Source of the DNA: an uncultured Flavobacteriales bacterium | GTDB lineage: Bacteria; Bacteroidota; Bacteroidia; AKYH767-A; 2013-40CM-41-45 | NCBI GenBank assembly: GCA_964355035.1 | Contig: CAYHCU010000001.1 | Location: 1-53,638, forward strand | DNA length: 53,638 nucleotides | Direction of reading: 5' to 3' | Shown here: piece after piece, positions 16,313-25,095 of the stretch | Layout of the letters: every line of letters begins with the position of its first letter | How positions within the stretch are numbered: position 1 is the stretch's first letter | The notes under the pieces: model-generated | Seen by the model: only the letters and a program-made list of their open reading frames with translations | Told to the model about the DNA's origin: nothing | Database searches by the model: none | Program-made: the position numbers and the translations under genes

Positions 16313-18643
16313 ATGAACAAACTGACATGGTATCTTCGAACCTGCCAACTACTGATACTAATTATTTTATTTAGTTCAGCAATCTCCAGTGCTCAAACTT
16401 TTCAATGGGCAAAAAGTATTAAAAGCGAAGGCTTCGACGAAGGATATGATCTTGCAGTCGACCCTGATGGATATACTTACATTGCCGGAATGATGGAATA
16501 CGATACAGATTTTGGAAATGGTGTGATTTTAAGTTCCGCTGGAATTCACGACATCTTTCTTGCTAAATATACACCAACAGGAAGACTAGTTTGGGCAAAA
16601 AGAGCCGGCGGAAAAGGCGGTGATAAAATACAGTCAATCGTACTAGATGGCAACGGGCATATATATGTTGCAGGTGAATTTGAAGATACTTGTTACTGGG
16701 ATGGAATCATGAAAATAACAACCGGTCTTGGTATCAACAATATGTTCGTTGCAAAGTACGACACTTCCGGCCCTGTAATTTGGGTAAGTGATATTCACGG
16801 TGTAGGTGTATTGCATACTCGTGGATATGGTGTCACTTGTGACGCGCAAGGAAATGTGTATGCATGTGGTGGTACAAAAGGCGATACTTATCATGACTCA
16901 ACTTTTCTATTTACATCGGCAGGAGATTACGATGGTACCGTTGTAAAATTTGACCCCAATGGAAATTTTGTTTGGGCCCGCAGAATGGGTGGAGCTGACA
17001 GTGACAAAGCTTATGGAATCGTAAGCGACAACAACGGATCAATTTACGTGACAGGATATTTTGTAGGTACTGCTGATTTTGCTCCAGGTGTAAACTTAAA
17101 CGGCAATGGACATACTGATATTTTCCTTGCAAAATATAACACTGCCGGCACCTTGCAATGGGCAAAAATGGCAGGTGATACAGGTTTCGATCGTGGTTGG
17201 GATGTAACAATCAACGTAAATGGAGACATACTAATCACAGGAGAATTTCAAACCGGATATTTCGGACCAAATCTTGTATACTCTCGTGGTAATGAAGATA
17301 TGTTTTTAGCTTCCTATGACAGTAATGGAAATAATAACTGGGCACTCTCCGGTGGTGGACCGGAAGATGATATTGGTAGAGGAGTTTCACACGATACAGC
17401 TGGGAATATTTTTGTTGTTGGTGATTATGCCAGTGAAGGAATTTTTCAACCTGACACAGTTATCGCAAACGGCTATGCAGATGTCTTTCTTGCAAGCTAT
17501 AAATCTGATGGCTCAGCAATCAATTGGGTGCGTTCTATAGGCGGACTCGACAGTGATCGCGGACGTGGAGTTGGAACAGATCTTGCTGGTAATGTTTATA
17601 TCTGTGGAGAGTTCATTGATTCGATAAGATTTGATAACACGAATATGATTGGTGATACGTTGCTGGATATTTTTATTTCACGAGTGATACAATGTAATGC
17701 ACAATTATCGGCAACTGCAGAAAGTAAATGTAATGGTCAATGTGATGGCACCGGAGTTGCAATAGCGAGCGGTCAAAGTCCGTTTACTTACAATTGGTCA
17801 ACTACTCCCCCGCAATCAGGAGATGTGGCCACAGGTTTATGTGCAGGAAATTATATTGTAACAATTACGGATGCCGGCGGATGTACCGCTACAGCATATG
17901 TTAACTTAATTGATCCGCCTTTACTTCAGACTACAACATCCATTACAAATTCGCTTTGTGCAGGAGCATGTGATGGCATTGCAAATGTATCAGCAAACGG
18001 GAATGGGCCTTTTACTTATTTTTGGTCTACAACACCACCTCAAACAAATTCGACAGCTACTGCATTGTGTCAAGGAAATTATATTGTCATTACAACAGAT
18101 ATAGAAGGTTGCGCCAATACTTCTTCTGTATCATTGACCGATCCACTACCGCTTCAGATGACTTCAGTTATCACCAATTCTAATTGTGTAGGCTGTAATG
18201 ATGGAAGCATTAATCTATCAGTGAACGGAGGAACAACTTTATATCAATATCTTTGGTCTGATGGAAGCATTACAGAAGACTTGCAAAATATTCTTGCCGG
18301 CACATATAACATTTGTGTGACAGATGCGAACAATTGCACACTATGTGATACGTACATTGTTTTAGATTCAGGAAACGGAATAACAATAAACAACAATCAA
18401 GGCTATTCTATTTTCCCGAATCCATTTAACACCTTTACAACAATTCACCTGAACATTCCTGCAGGAGAAACTACAAAGGTTGTTTTATTTACCGCAACAG
18501 GACAAATTGCTTATCAAACCGAATTCAACGGTAATGAATTTCGATTGCCGGCAAACGATTTATCAAGTGGTGTTTATTTTTTGCAATTGAATAACAAAAT
18601 GTTCAATGGGATGAAGATGGTGCCGGTGATTGTTGGGAATTGA
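16313..18643 (+). CDS. T9SS cargo: SBBP beta-propeller repeats + 3 SprB-type repeats + C-terminal sorting domain
   Basis: 776 aa. Repeated W(A)K..GG...D.GY...D..G..Y..G.....DIFLAKY units (SBBP). Three C.G.CDG......G..PFTY.WS......TA..LC.GNYIV..TD..GC units (SprB repeat). C-terminal YSIFPNPFNTFTTIHL...GVYFLQL. Confidence 0.8.
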   Translation: MNKLTWYLRTCQLLILIILFSSAISSAQTFQWAKSIKSEGFDEGYDLAVDPDGYTYIAGMMEYDTDFGNGVILSSAGIHDIFLAKYTPTGRLVWAKRAGGKGGDKIQSIVLDGNGHIYVAGEFEDTCYWDGIMKITTGLGINNMFVAKYDTSGPVIWVSDIHGVGVLHTRGYGVTCDAQGNVYACGGTKGDTYHDSTFLFTSAGDYDGTVVKFDPNGNFVWARRMGGADSDKAYGIVSDNNGSIYVTGYFVGTADFAPGVNLNGNGHTDIFLAKYNTAGTLQWAKMAGDTGFDRGWDVTINVNGDILITGEFQTGYFGPNLVYSRGNEDMFLASYDSNGNNNWALSGGGPEDDIGRGVSHDTAGNIFVVGDYASEGIFQPDTVIANGYADVFLASYKSDGSAINWVRSIGGLDSDRGRGVGTDLAGNVYICGEFIDSIRFDNTNMIGDTLLDIFISRVIQCNAQLSATAESKCNGQCDGTGVAIASGQSPFTYNWSTTPPQSGDVATGLCAGNYIVTITDAGGCTATAYVNLIDPPLLQTTTSITNSLCAGACDGIANVSANGNGPFTYFWSTTPPQTNSTATALCQGNYIVITTDIEGCANTSSVSLTDPLPLQMTSVITNSNCVGCNDGSINLSVNGGTTLYQYLWSDGSITEDLQNILAGTYNICVTDANNCTLCDTYIVLDSGNGITINNNQGYSIFPNPFNTFTTIHLNIPAGETTKVVLFTATGQIAYQTEFNGNEFRLPANDLSSGVYFLQLNNKMFNGMKMVPVIVGN

Positions 18644-18837
18644 TAATTGAAAGTTGATAATGGACAGTTGATAATGGACAATTGATAATGGACAATTGAT
18701 AATGGACAGTTGATAATGGACAATTGATAATGGACAATTTATAATGGACAATGGATGAATGCTTACATCGCGTCAATTGTCAATTGTCAATTGTCAATTG
18801 TCCACTGTCCACTGTCCACTGTCCATTATCAATTATC
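18644..18837. repeat. Long imperfect hairpin built from heptamer-based repeats (TGATAATGGACAAT units versus AATTGTCAATTGTCC/ACTGTCC units)
   Basis: The left arm holds about seven ttgataatggaca(a/g)t units up to about 18755. The loop is tgaatgcttacatcgcg. The right arm is caattgtcaattgtcaattgtcaattgtccactgtccactgtccactgtccattatcaattatc. It fills the whole gap between two convergent genes. Confidence 0.9.
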
Positions 18838-18838
18838 T

Positions 18839-19600
18839 TCAACGGTTGACCAACACTTTTTTAATAGAAACGAAATCTTTTCCTGCAATTCGAACGAAGT
18901 ACATTCCTTGTGCAAAACTTTCAGAACTAATTACTAAATTTTTATTTTCAAACACTTCTGTTTCTGAAACAACTTCTTTTCCGGTAAAATCTCTAATGCA
19001 AATATTTACATTTTCCTTTGATGAAATATTTATAACGTCTGTTGCCGGATTTGGAAATACCTGAATCAGATCATTCGAATTCTCAATATCCGAAACTGAA
19101 TTTATAACACAATTGATTACTCGTGATGAACATAGATCACCATTCAGATAAGTAATAATTTCCGAAATATCCGGAGTACATAGTTGACCGGACAATACGG
19201 TAAACCGAACCTTCACTAATGGAGTATTATTTGGAATCGCCTGCAAACTGTTTGACGTGAAACGAAGTGTTGAATCGCCGGTATTGAAATAGGACATGAC
19301 TTGTAAATTAAAAGTCAAATTCAAAACAGTGTCAAATACAAATTTTGACTGATCATATTTCAAGGAAAAATCAACAGCGTTAATTGTATCGTCAGAACTA
19401 AAAAACAATGGAAACTCTACAGTGCTTCCAAAAACTACTGCCTGAGACAAATCAAATACAATGCTATCTGATGCATTAATTGTTTCTGTTTTATCTGTCA
19501 AAATTGGACTAGTTTCTTTATCCCCTTGAATTCCTTTTGAAGTGCCCGGAATAAAACTTCCCGCAATTGACAAAATTAGAATTGTAATTATTTTTTTCAT
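18839..19600 (-). CDS. T9SS cargo: single cohesin-like domain + C-terminal sorting domain
   Basis: 253 aa. Signal peptide; IVFDLSQAVVFGSTVEFPLFFSSDDTINAVDFSLKYDQSKFVFDTV...STLRFTSNSL; C-terminal IQVFPNPATDVINISS...GMYFVRI. Homologous to the C-terminal third of the upstream 1135-aa protein. Confidence 0.7.
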   Translation of the reverse strand: MKKIITILILSIAGSFIPGTSKGIQGDKETSPILTDKTETINASDSIVFDLSQAVVFGSTVEFPLFFSSDDTINAVDFSLKYDQSKFVFDTVLNLTFNLQVMSYFNTGDSTLRFTSNSLQAIPNNTPLVKVRFTVLSGQLCTPDISEIITYLNGDLCSSRVINCVINSVSDIENSNDLIQVFPNPATDVINISSKENVNICIRDFTGKEVVSETEVFENKNLVISSESFAQGMYFVRIAGKDFVSIKKVLVNR

Positions 19601-19702
19601 TTCCCGATTTTTTAATTAACCCAAATTTACAAATAACATTTTTTCTTATTGTCACTGCTAAATTAATTTAATGTAAACAATGAGTTAAGGCAGAGTAGTC
19701 TA

Positions 19703-19732
19703 AATAAAAAAGCCCCGGTTTTGGCCGGGGCT
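19703..19732 (-). terminator. Rho-independent terminator of the 1135-aa gene
   Basis: On the minus strand: agccccggccaaaaccggggct followed by tttttat. Plus-strand stem is 19711-19718 with 19725-19732. Confidence 0.8.
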
Positions 19733-19752
19733 AGTAATAGAAAATAAATTAA

Positions 19753-22700
19753 TTATCTGTTTAAAACAATTTTCTTTAAAGAAACAAAATTGTCATTATA
19801 AATCTTCATCATGTAAATACCATTTGATACTGACTGAAGGCTTACTTCTTGTTTTTGACCTGCATTTAAATTTGCTTGTACATAAACAATGCTTCCATTG
19901 ATATCCATTAATTGAACAATAGCGTCTTCACTTGTAAGTACGTTAATTATTCCACTTGTTGGATTTGGATAAACACTTACCTGTTGTTCGTCGGTACTGA
20001 TAGAAGAATTACGACTAGTCAATAATTCAGCATTCACTTTTTCTCCATTAAGGAAGCACTCTAATGAGCTGAAATCAGCTTCATCAAGAACACCATTAAG
20101 AGCAGAAACACGAATTGAAACCAACGATTTATTTACTTCATAGTTATTTAGGCTATAAGATGTAAATCGAAGTGTTTTGTCTTCTGTGTTTAAGTTCGAA
20201 AGTGATTGCATGTAACCTGTGTGATCAACTACTGAATTGAATTCCATATTGTCATTTCCAAATTGCATTGAAAAGTCAAGTGAATTAACAACCTCATCAG
20301 AAATTACAGACACCGGAATATTGATGTAACCATCTACAACTGTAGATTTAGTAAGATCAAAAATTACGCGATCGGATGAATTTTCTCTAAGCAATCCACC
20401 TGAACCAACAGTTGAAAAGTTACCATTTATATCACCTAACAATACTCCTTTATACGATTCCTGACTAATGATCGGGCAGTTTGCTGTTGTTGTAACAGGA
20501 ACTTCTAAACAGAAAGGAATTTGCGGAACATGAGCTTTTGAGAATCCAACTCCATCATTCGACGGGTATGTTGAAGATATCCGATAACCTACATTTGTAG
20601 CTACTGTTGTTGCATCAATAAATAACCAGTCTTTTGAAGGCTGACCATTAGATACACCGGCTGAATTATAATTCCATGCTTGACGGAATTCAGGTGTTAA
20701 CAAAATAGCTCTTTGATTAATCTGTGAAAGATCACCGGCACTTACTACACCGTCAAGATTTACATCCATTCCGATAATTTGAAATACAGAAGGAGTAAAA
20801 GTTGCATCGTTAATAAGAACACGGCGGGTAAGGAAAGCATCGAATCCGTTTATCACAGACTGAACACTGCTTGACCCAAGGATATCTCTGGAGATACTAA
20901 CAGAAGAACCATTGTGAACATTGTAATCGAATGATCCACCAAGATCCGGCTGAACTGCAACAGAAGAAAGACTTGAACAACTTGAATTGTTTCCATAGAT
21001 GTTTGAAATCAAATACGAACTTGGATTTAAAGCATCATAACGAAGTGGGCTATTGTCTAACCAGAATTTCAAACTTCCTTTGAAAGATGAATCAGCAAAA
21101 GAAATTTGTTTTCCCGGATCAGCAAGTTGTGATAACACTCCACTGAAATAACTTTCTTGAATAAACGGTAGACTAAAGTTTGCTGTATCAGCTGCGCCAA
21201 AACCAGATGTTTTGCTATATTCCACACAGAACACATTTCCTGTTCCTGTAAATTTGGTATTTGCCGGAGCTGAACCATTGAAATATAAAGAAAGGCTGAT
21301 TGAACCATTTGCAGTATCAATGCTATTGGCAACATCAACATATGAAGGATTAATCAAATCACCATATATGGTAACCATGCCTGTTGGTGATACTTTAGTT
21401 TTATCATAAAGCATAACAACATCATATCCGATAACATTCGATACAGGATTCACCGCCTGAACAGGAACACAAAGAATCGAAGACGAGCAACTGCTGATAG
21501 CAGTTGCTATTTTGTAAGGTAGAATAGTGCTTACGATATTCAATGAAACCGGAGAAGAAGTTGTTTGAGCTCCTAAGTTATCAGTTGCACGTGCAGTAAC
21601 AGAATGTAAACCTAAAACACCTGTATAACTTGCAGCATAAGGAGATGTGTTGTCTAATCCAACTGAAACTCCGTCAACAAAAAACTCAACCGATGCAACC
21701 GAACCATTGTCACTTGCATTTGCAGCAATCGCTACTACAGTACCAACAATAAAACTAGAACCGTTTGAAGGTGAAGTAATCGTTACAACAGGAGCCGGAT
21801 TGTTTGCTACTGAAATTGCTATTGCAGCCGAAGTTGTTTGAGCAGCCTGATCATCTGTTGCGCGTGCTGTTAAATTATGATTTCCTGCAACGCTGGTATA
21901 ATTTGCTGTATAAGGCGAAGTCAAATCAATTCCGATTGAAACACCATCCACAAAAAATTCCACTGAAGCAACTGAAACGTTATCAGCAGCAACAGCTGTA
22001 ACAGGAACAACTGTACCGGTAATGAAACTTGCACCATTTGAAGGAGAAGTAATTGCAACAGTTGGTGGCGGATTATTAGCAACCGTAATGGCAACAACTG
22101 CAGAAGTTGTTTGAGCACCAACGTTATCAGTTGCTCTTGCTGTTAAGTTATGACTTCCTACTATACTTGTATAGTTTGCAGTATAAGGCGATGTATTGTC
22201 AACACCTACTGAAACACCATCTACAAAAAATTCAACTGAAGAAACAGTTCCATCTGCATCAGCAGCAGTGGCAGCAATTGCTACAACTGAACCTGTAATG
22301 AAACCTGAACCACTTGCGGGTGACGTAATACTAATTGTTGGTGCAATGTTTAATGCACCAAGCGTTCCCGACAAACTTGGAATAGATAACTCACCTGCAA
22401 TTGGATTTAAAGCAACATAATTCTGAGTGCCACCACCCGGTGTTCCAATCTGAATGTTTAATTCATAATGAAATACACCATTTGTTGTCATTTGAGCAAT
22501 CAAAATACGATTTGAAGCAAGTGGTCCTGTTGAACCGGCTAATGATGCCCAAGATCCATTGCTTGTTGTCAATAAATTTCCCAAGGTTCCTGAGTTACTT
22601 AAAAAATCTAAGTCAGCTGTTGAGATACCAACAAAGGTTACCGCTTCCGGTGCTCCTGCATAAAGTCCATCTTGAGTTGTTAAAGGAATACCTGCTGAAG

Positions 22701-23160
22701 CATCTGTATTTGCAAGAATACCACTTAAATTTATTACTGTTGCTCCACCTCCCGCTACTGCATCTTCACTTTTCAAAACTCCGAAATTACCTGCACAACC
22801 TGCGCCGACAGATAACCATGAATCAAGCATTACTGTATTCAAACGTGCGTTCAATTTTGAATATGCCGGTGTAACATCTCCTCTATCTGTATTTGTATAG
22901 AATGATGTTGTTGTCGACAATGTCAAGGCATGATCAGTAACGCCATAAGCTGCCTGAAATTTATACCCCGGTAACATATCTGCATAAATACGATAAGTAA
23001 CTGAACCGATTGGAAGATTGCTTCCCATTCCGATCGCACCAATTGAATCTGCCGCATTAGATACATAATACTTTTCGACAACGATATTCTCTAACCCATT
23101 TTGTGCATGGGCGAAAAATCCTGTCATAAGAAGGCCAAAGCCTAATAATATTTTTTTCAT
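19753..23160 (-). CDS. Large T9SS cargo: unnamed N-terminal paralogous domain + 3 Ig-like repeats + 2 cohesin-like domains + dockerin-like loop + CTD
   Basis: 1135 aa. Signal peptide; residues ~21-262 shared with ORFs 30403-31485, 31644-32450 and 25854-27203; residues 274-543 are three ~90-aa repeats (ITSP.NG.SFI.G..V...A.A.D...VASVEFFVDGVS.G.D.TSPY.A.YT...G.H..TARATD); VIGYDVVMLYDKTKV and SLDFSMQFGNDNMEF cohesin-like cores; MDVNLDGVVSAGD; C-terminal VSVYPNPTSGIINVL...GIYMMKI. Confidence 0.8.
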   Translation of the reverse strand: MKKILLGFGLLMTGFFAHAQNGLENIVVEKYYVSNAADSIGAIGMGSNLPIGSVTYRIYADMLPGYKFQAAYGVTDHALTLSTTTSFYTNTDRGDVTPAYSKLNARLNTVMLDSWLSVGAGCAGNFGVLKSEDAVAGGGATVINLSGILANTDASAGIPLTTQDGLYAGAPEAVTFVGISTADLDFLSNSGTLGNLLTTSNGSWASLAGSTGPLASNRILIAQMTTNGVFHYELNIQIGTPGGGTQNYVALNPIAGELSIPSLSGTLGALNIAPTISITSPASGSGFITGSVVAIAATAADADGTVSSVEFFVDGVSVGVDNTSPYTANYTSIVGSHNLTARATDNVGAQTTSAVVAITVANNPPPTVAITSPSNGASFITGTVVPVTAVAADNVSVASVEFFVDGVSIGIDLTSPYTANYTSVAGNHNLTARATDDQAAQTTSAAIAISVANNPAPVVTITSPSNGSSFIVGTVVAIAANASDNGSVASVEFFVDGVSVGLDNTSPYAASYTGVLGLHSVTARATDNLGAQTTSSPVSLNIVSTILPYKIATAISSCSSSILCVPVQAVNPVSNVIGYDVVMLYDKTKVSPTGMVTIYGDLINPSYVDVANSIDTANGSISLSLYFNGSAPANTKFTGTGNVFCVEYSKTSGFGAADTANFSLPFIQESYFSGVLSQLADPGKQISFADSSFKGSLKFWLDNSPLRYDALNPSSYLISNIYGNNSSCSSLSSVAVQPDLGGSFDYNVHNGSSVSISRDILGSSSVQSVINGFDAFLTRRVLINDATFTPSVFQIIGMDVNLDGVVSAGDLSQINQRAILLTPEFRQAWNYNSAGVSNGQPSKDWLFIDATTVATNVGYRISSTYPSNDGVGFSKAHVPQIPFCLEVPVTTTANCPIISQESYKGVLLGDINGNFSTVGSGGLLRENSSDRVIFDLTKSTVVDGYINIPVSVISDEVVNSLDFSMQFGNDNMEFNSVVDHTGYMQSLSNLNTEDKTLRFTSYSLNNYEVNKSLVSIRVSALNGVLDEADFSSLECFLNGEKVNAELLTSRNSSISTDEQQVSVYPNPTSGIINVLTSEDAIVQLMDINGSIVYVQANLNAGQKQEVSLQSVSNGIYMMKIYNDNFVSLKKIVLNR
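21532..22341. repeat. Intragenic triplication (three ~270-nt units encoding the Ig-like repeats)
   Basis: Protein residues 274-543 form three near-identical units. The repetition also generates the string of low-complexity antisense ORFs in the track (21647-22874). Confidence 0.85.
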
Positions 23161-23194
23161 ACTAAGTGTTTTTAGATTGATTTAGATTGATAAA

Positions 23195-24880
23195 TTAATT
23201 ACAAGTTTGATTGAATTTACCAAGTAGAATCAAAAAGTCAACATTATTAGTTGTACCATCAGCATTGATATCTGTAGGACATGGTTGAAGACCTGTTGTT
23301 ACATTCAATACTTGTGTATAAGACCAATCTGATAACCAGTTTTTACCTGAACTTGCAAATGCACCTCTGTATGGAGCAATTGAATAGAAACCATCTGCAG
23401 GTGCTGTAGGACAACCTGCTGTTGACAAAGCCGGATTTGGAATTCCGTCGTACTGTGCAGTTACAATGTTTGTGCTGCTATTCATTGTCCATGTAGAACT
23501 AAATCCCGGAATTGTAGCTGCATGAGTATTTAAATCTGTAGTATAGAATTGAGCTGTATCAGTAGTAAGTAATGTACCTGCTGCATTTTTATCAATTGCA
23601 ATATCTTTGTCCATACCTACGAATGTATTACATTTCACTTTCAAACTATTTGAACCATTACCACCTGTATTCGCCCAGTTATGATATGCTTCACTTCCAC
23701 CTGTTCTTGTACCAAATGCTTTGATAAGGTTTAAACCATATCTGAAGTTTGCGAATACAGAATTGTAAATTTCACCTTCAGTAAGTTCTTTTGCTTCGAT
23801 TGCTGCAATACCACTGTTATCACTTGTTAATATTTTTTTACCATTACCAATCATTGTTACATTGTAAATGAAAGGATGAGAACGCACAAGAAGGTTTGAT
23901 TTTTGATCATCAGCATCCATTTCGAATCCATTATCAGCATCAGGACTAGTACTGATTGTATCGTTAGTAGAAGATTTAATACCGAAAGCAAATTGTATTC
24001 TTCCACTGTAACCATCATCCCAATCTAACATGTCATCATTTCCAAATAATGTAGCATAGTATTTAACATCTACCGTTCCACCAAAGAATTCAATAGCATC
24101 ATCTGCACAAGAAACAACTTCAATGTGCTCAATTGATGTACCTCTTCCAACTGATCCAAGTGTCAAGCCGTTGATTTCACCACCAACTTGTAAGTTTGCT
24201 CCTGAATGACGAATAGATACATATTTCAGAATTCCTGAATTATCGTTATCATCAAAAGTCTCACCTGCAGTTAAGTTAGCTCCAAATTGATCTTTTGAGT
24301 TTGAACTTGCAAATCCCTCGAAAGTTCCAAGACCATTTGCAACACAAAGTTTACCATCACCAACACCCGGTTGGAATGGACCGTTTGCTGCTAAAGTTAA
24401 ATTGTTTGATGCTTTTCCGGCTAACAATAAACCACCCCATTTTCCTTTGTTTGAAACAGGATATGTTCCGTCTAAATTATCAGCTTCTGCTGTAAATACA
24501 ATTTGACAAGTAGAAGAACCACTTGCGAAAATTTTACCTCCACGTTCTACTGTCAAAGCTACTGCCGAATCTGCAGTTGATCTTAAACGACCTTTGATTA
24601 CAGTTCCCGGATTAATCGTTAGTGTTTTTCCACTTGGAACGTAAATCTTTTTGTCTAATATCCATGTATGTGCGCAATCAAAAATTGTGTTAAGTGCTGT
24701 AAGTTCACCATCTGCTGCTCCTCCTGAAGTTGCAAGTGTTGAAACTAAAACCGTTGGTCTGGACGACACAGGTGTCGGACAACCGCAATCGGTTCCTAAA
24801 TTCGTTTGGGCAAATCCCGTTAGAACAGAAGCGAAGACTACTGATGCAGTCGCAACCATTTTAGTAAATGTGTTTTTCAT
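23195..24880 (-). CDS. Secreted protein of unknown family (possible parallel beta-helix) with one C-terminal dockerin-like Ca loop
   Basis: The track start at 24919 is GTG. ATG at 24880 gives MKNTFTKMVATASVVFASVLTGFAQ (signal peptide). Contains EINGLTLGSVGRGTSIEHIEVVSCADDAIEFFGGTVDVKYY...DDMLDWDDGYSGRIQF and a C-terminal CPTDINADGTTNNVDFLILLGKF. Confidence 0.55.
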   Translation of the reverse strand: MKNTFTKMVATASVVFASVLTGFAQTNLGTDCGCPTPVSSRPTVLVSTLATSGGAADGELTALNTIFDCAHTWILDKKIYVPSGKTLTINPGTVIKGRLRSTADSAVALTVERGGKIFASGSSTCQIVFTAEADNLDGTYPVSNKGKWGGLLLAGKASNNLTLAANGPFQPGVGDGKLCVANGLGTFEGFASSNSKDQFGANLTAGETFDDNDNSGILKYVSIRHSGANLQVGGEINGLTLGSVGRGTSIEHIEVVSCADDAIEFFGGTVDVKYYATLFGNDDMLDWDDGYSGRIQFAFGIKSSTNDTISTSPDADNGFEMDADDQKSNLLVRSHPFIYNVTMIGNGKKILTSDNSGIAAIEAKELTEGEIYNSVFANFRYGLNLIKAFGTRTGGSEAYHNWANTGGNGSNSLKVKCNTFVGMDKDIAIDKNAAGTLLTTDTAQFYTTDLNTHAATIPGFSSTWTMNSSTNIVTAQYDGIPNPALSTAGCPTAPADGFYSIAPYRGAFASSGKNWLSDWSYTQVLNVTTGLQPCPTDINADGTTNNVDFLILLGKFNQTCN

Positions 24881-25026
24881 TTGTTGGTTTGTTTTAGAGT
24901 TTGTAATTATTGAATGCACAAATATCTATCTTCGGTATTAGTACATCAAAAACTAAAACTTAACAAATGATTACTATAATGTTTACTGCATGTATAGCAA
25001 ATGTCAACTACATGTTAATGGGAATT

Positions 25027-25061
25027 AATGAAAAATGAATAATGGAGAATGGAAAATCTGA
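25027..25061. repeat. Degenerate heptamer array (AATGRAN x5)
   Basis: aatgaaa aatgaat aatggag aatggaa aatctga in register, inside the 215-nt gap between the FISUMP gene and the next gene. Confidence 0.7.
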
Positions 25062-25095
25062 ACACATTATTTGTTTTTTTGTAAAATATTTTCTT

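Noticed and set aside
18644-18837. Possibility that the long repeat blocks (also 32537-32680 and 33185-33334) are CRISPR arrays
   Set aside because: The unit length is 7-14 nt with no unique spacers. The two halves of each block are reverse complements forming a hairpin. No cas genes are in the window.
18563-19064. Track ORFs 18563-18751 (-), 18755-18937 (+) and 18759-19064 (+), with peptides such as QLSIVNCQLSIVHCPLS
   Set aside because: They are translations of the heptamer-repeat hairpin. They have periodic low-complexity sequence, occur on both strands, and overlap the real cohesin-like gene.
21647-22874. String of antisense ORFs (21647-21841, 21804-22001, 21921-22121, 22107-22298, 22196-22420, 22401-22874)
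   Set aside because: They lie inside, or antisense to, the 1135-aa gene over its triplicated Ig-like region. They have repetitive Leu/Gln-rich or Thr/Ala-rich composition and no independent support.
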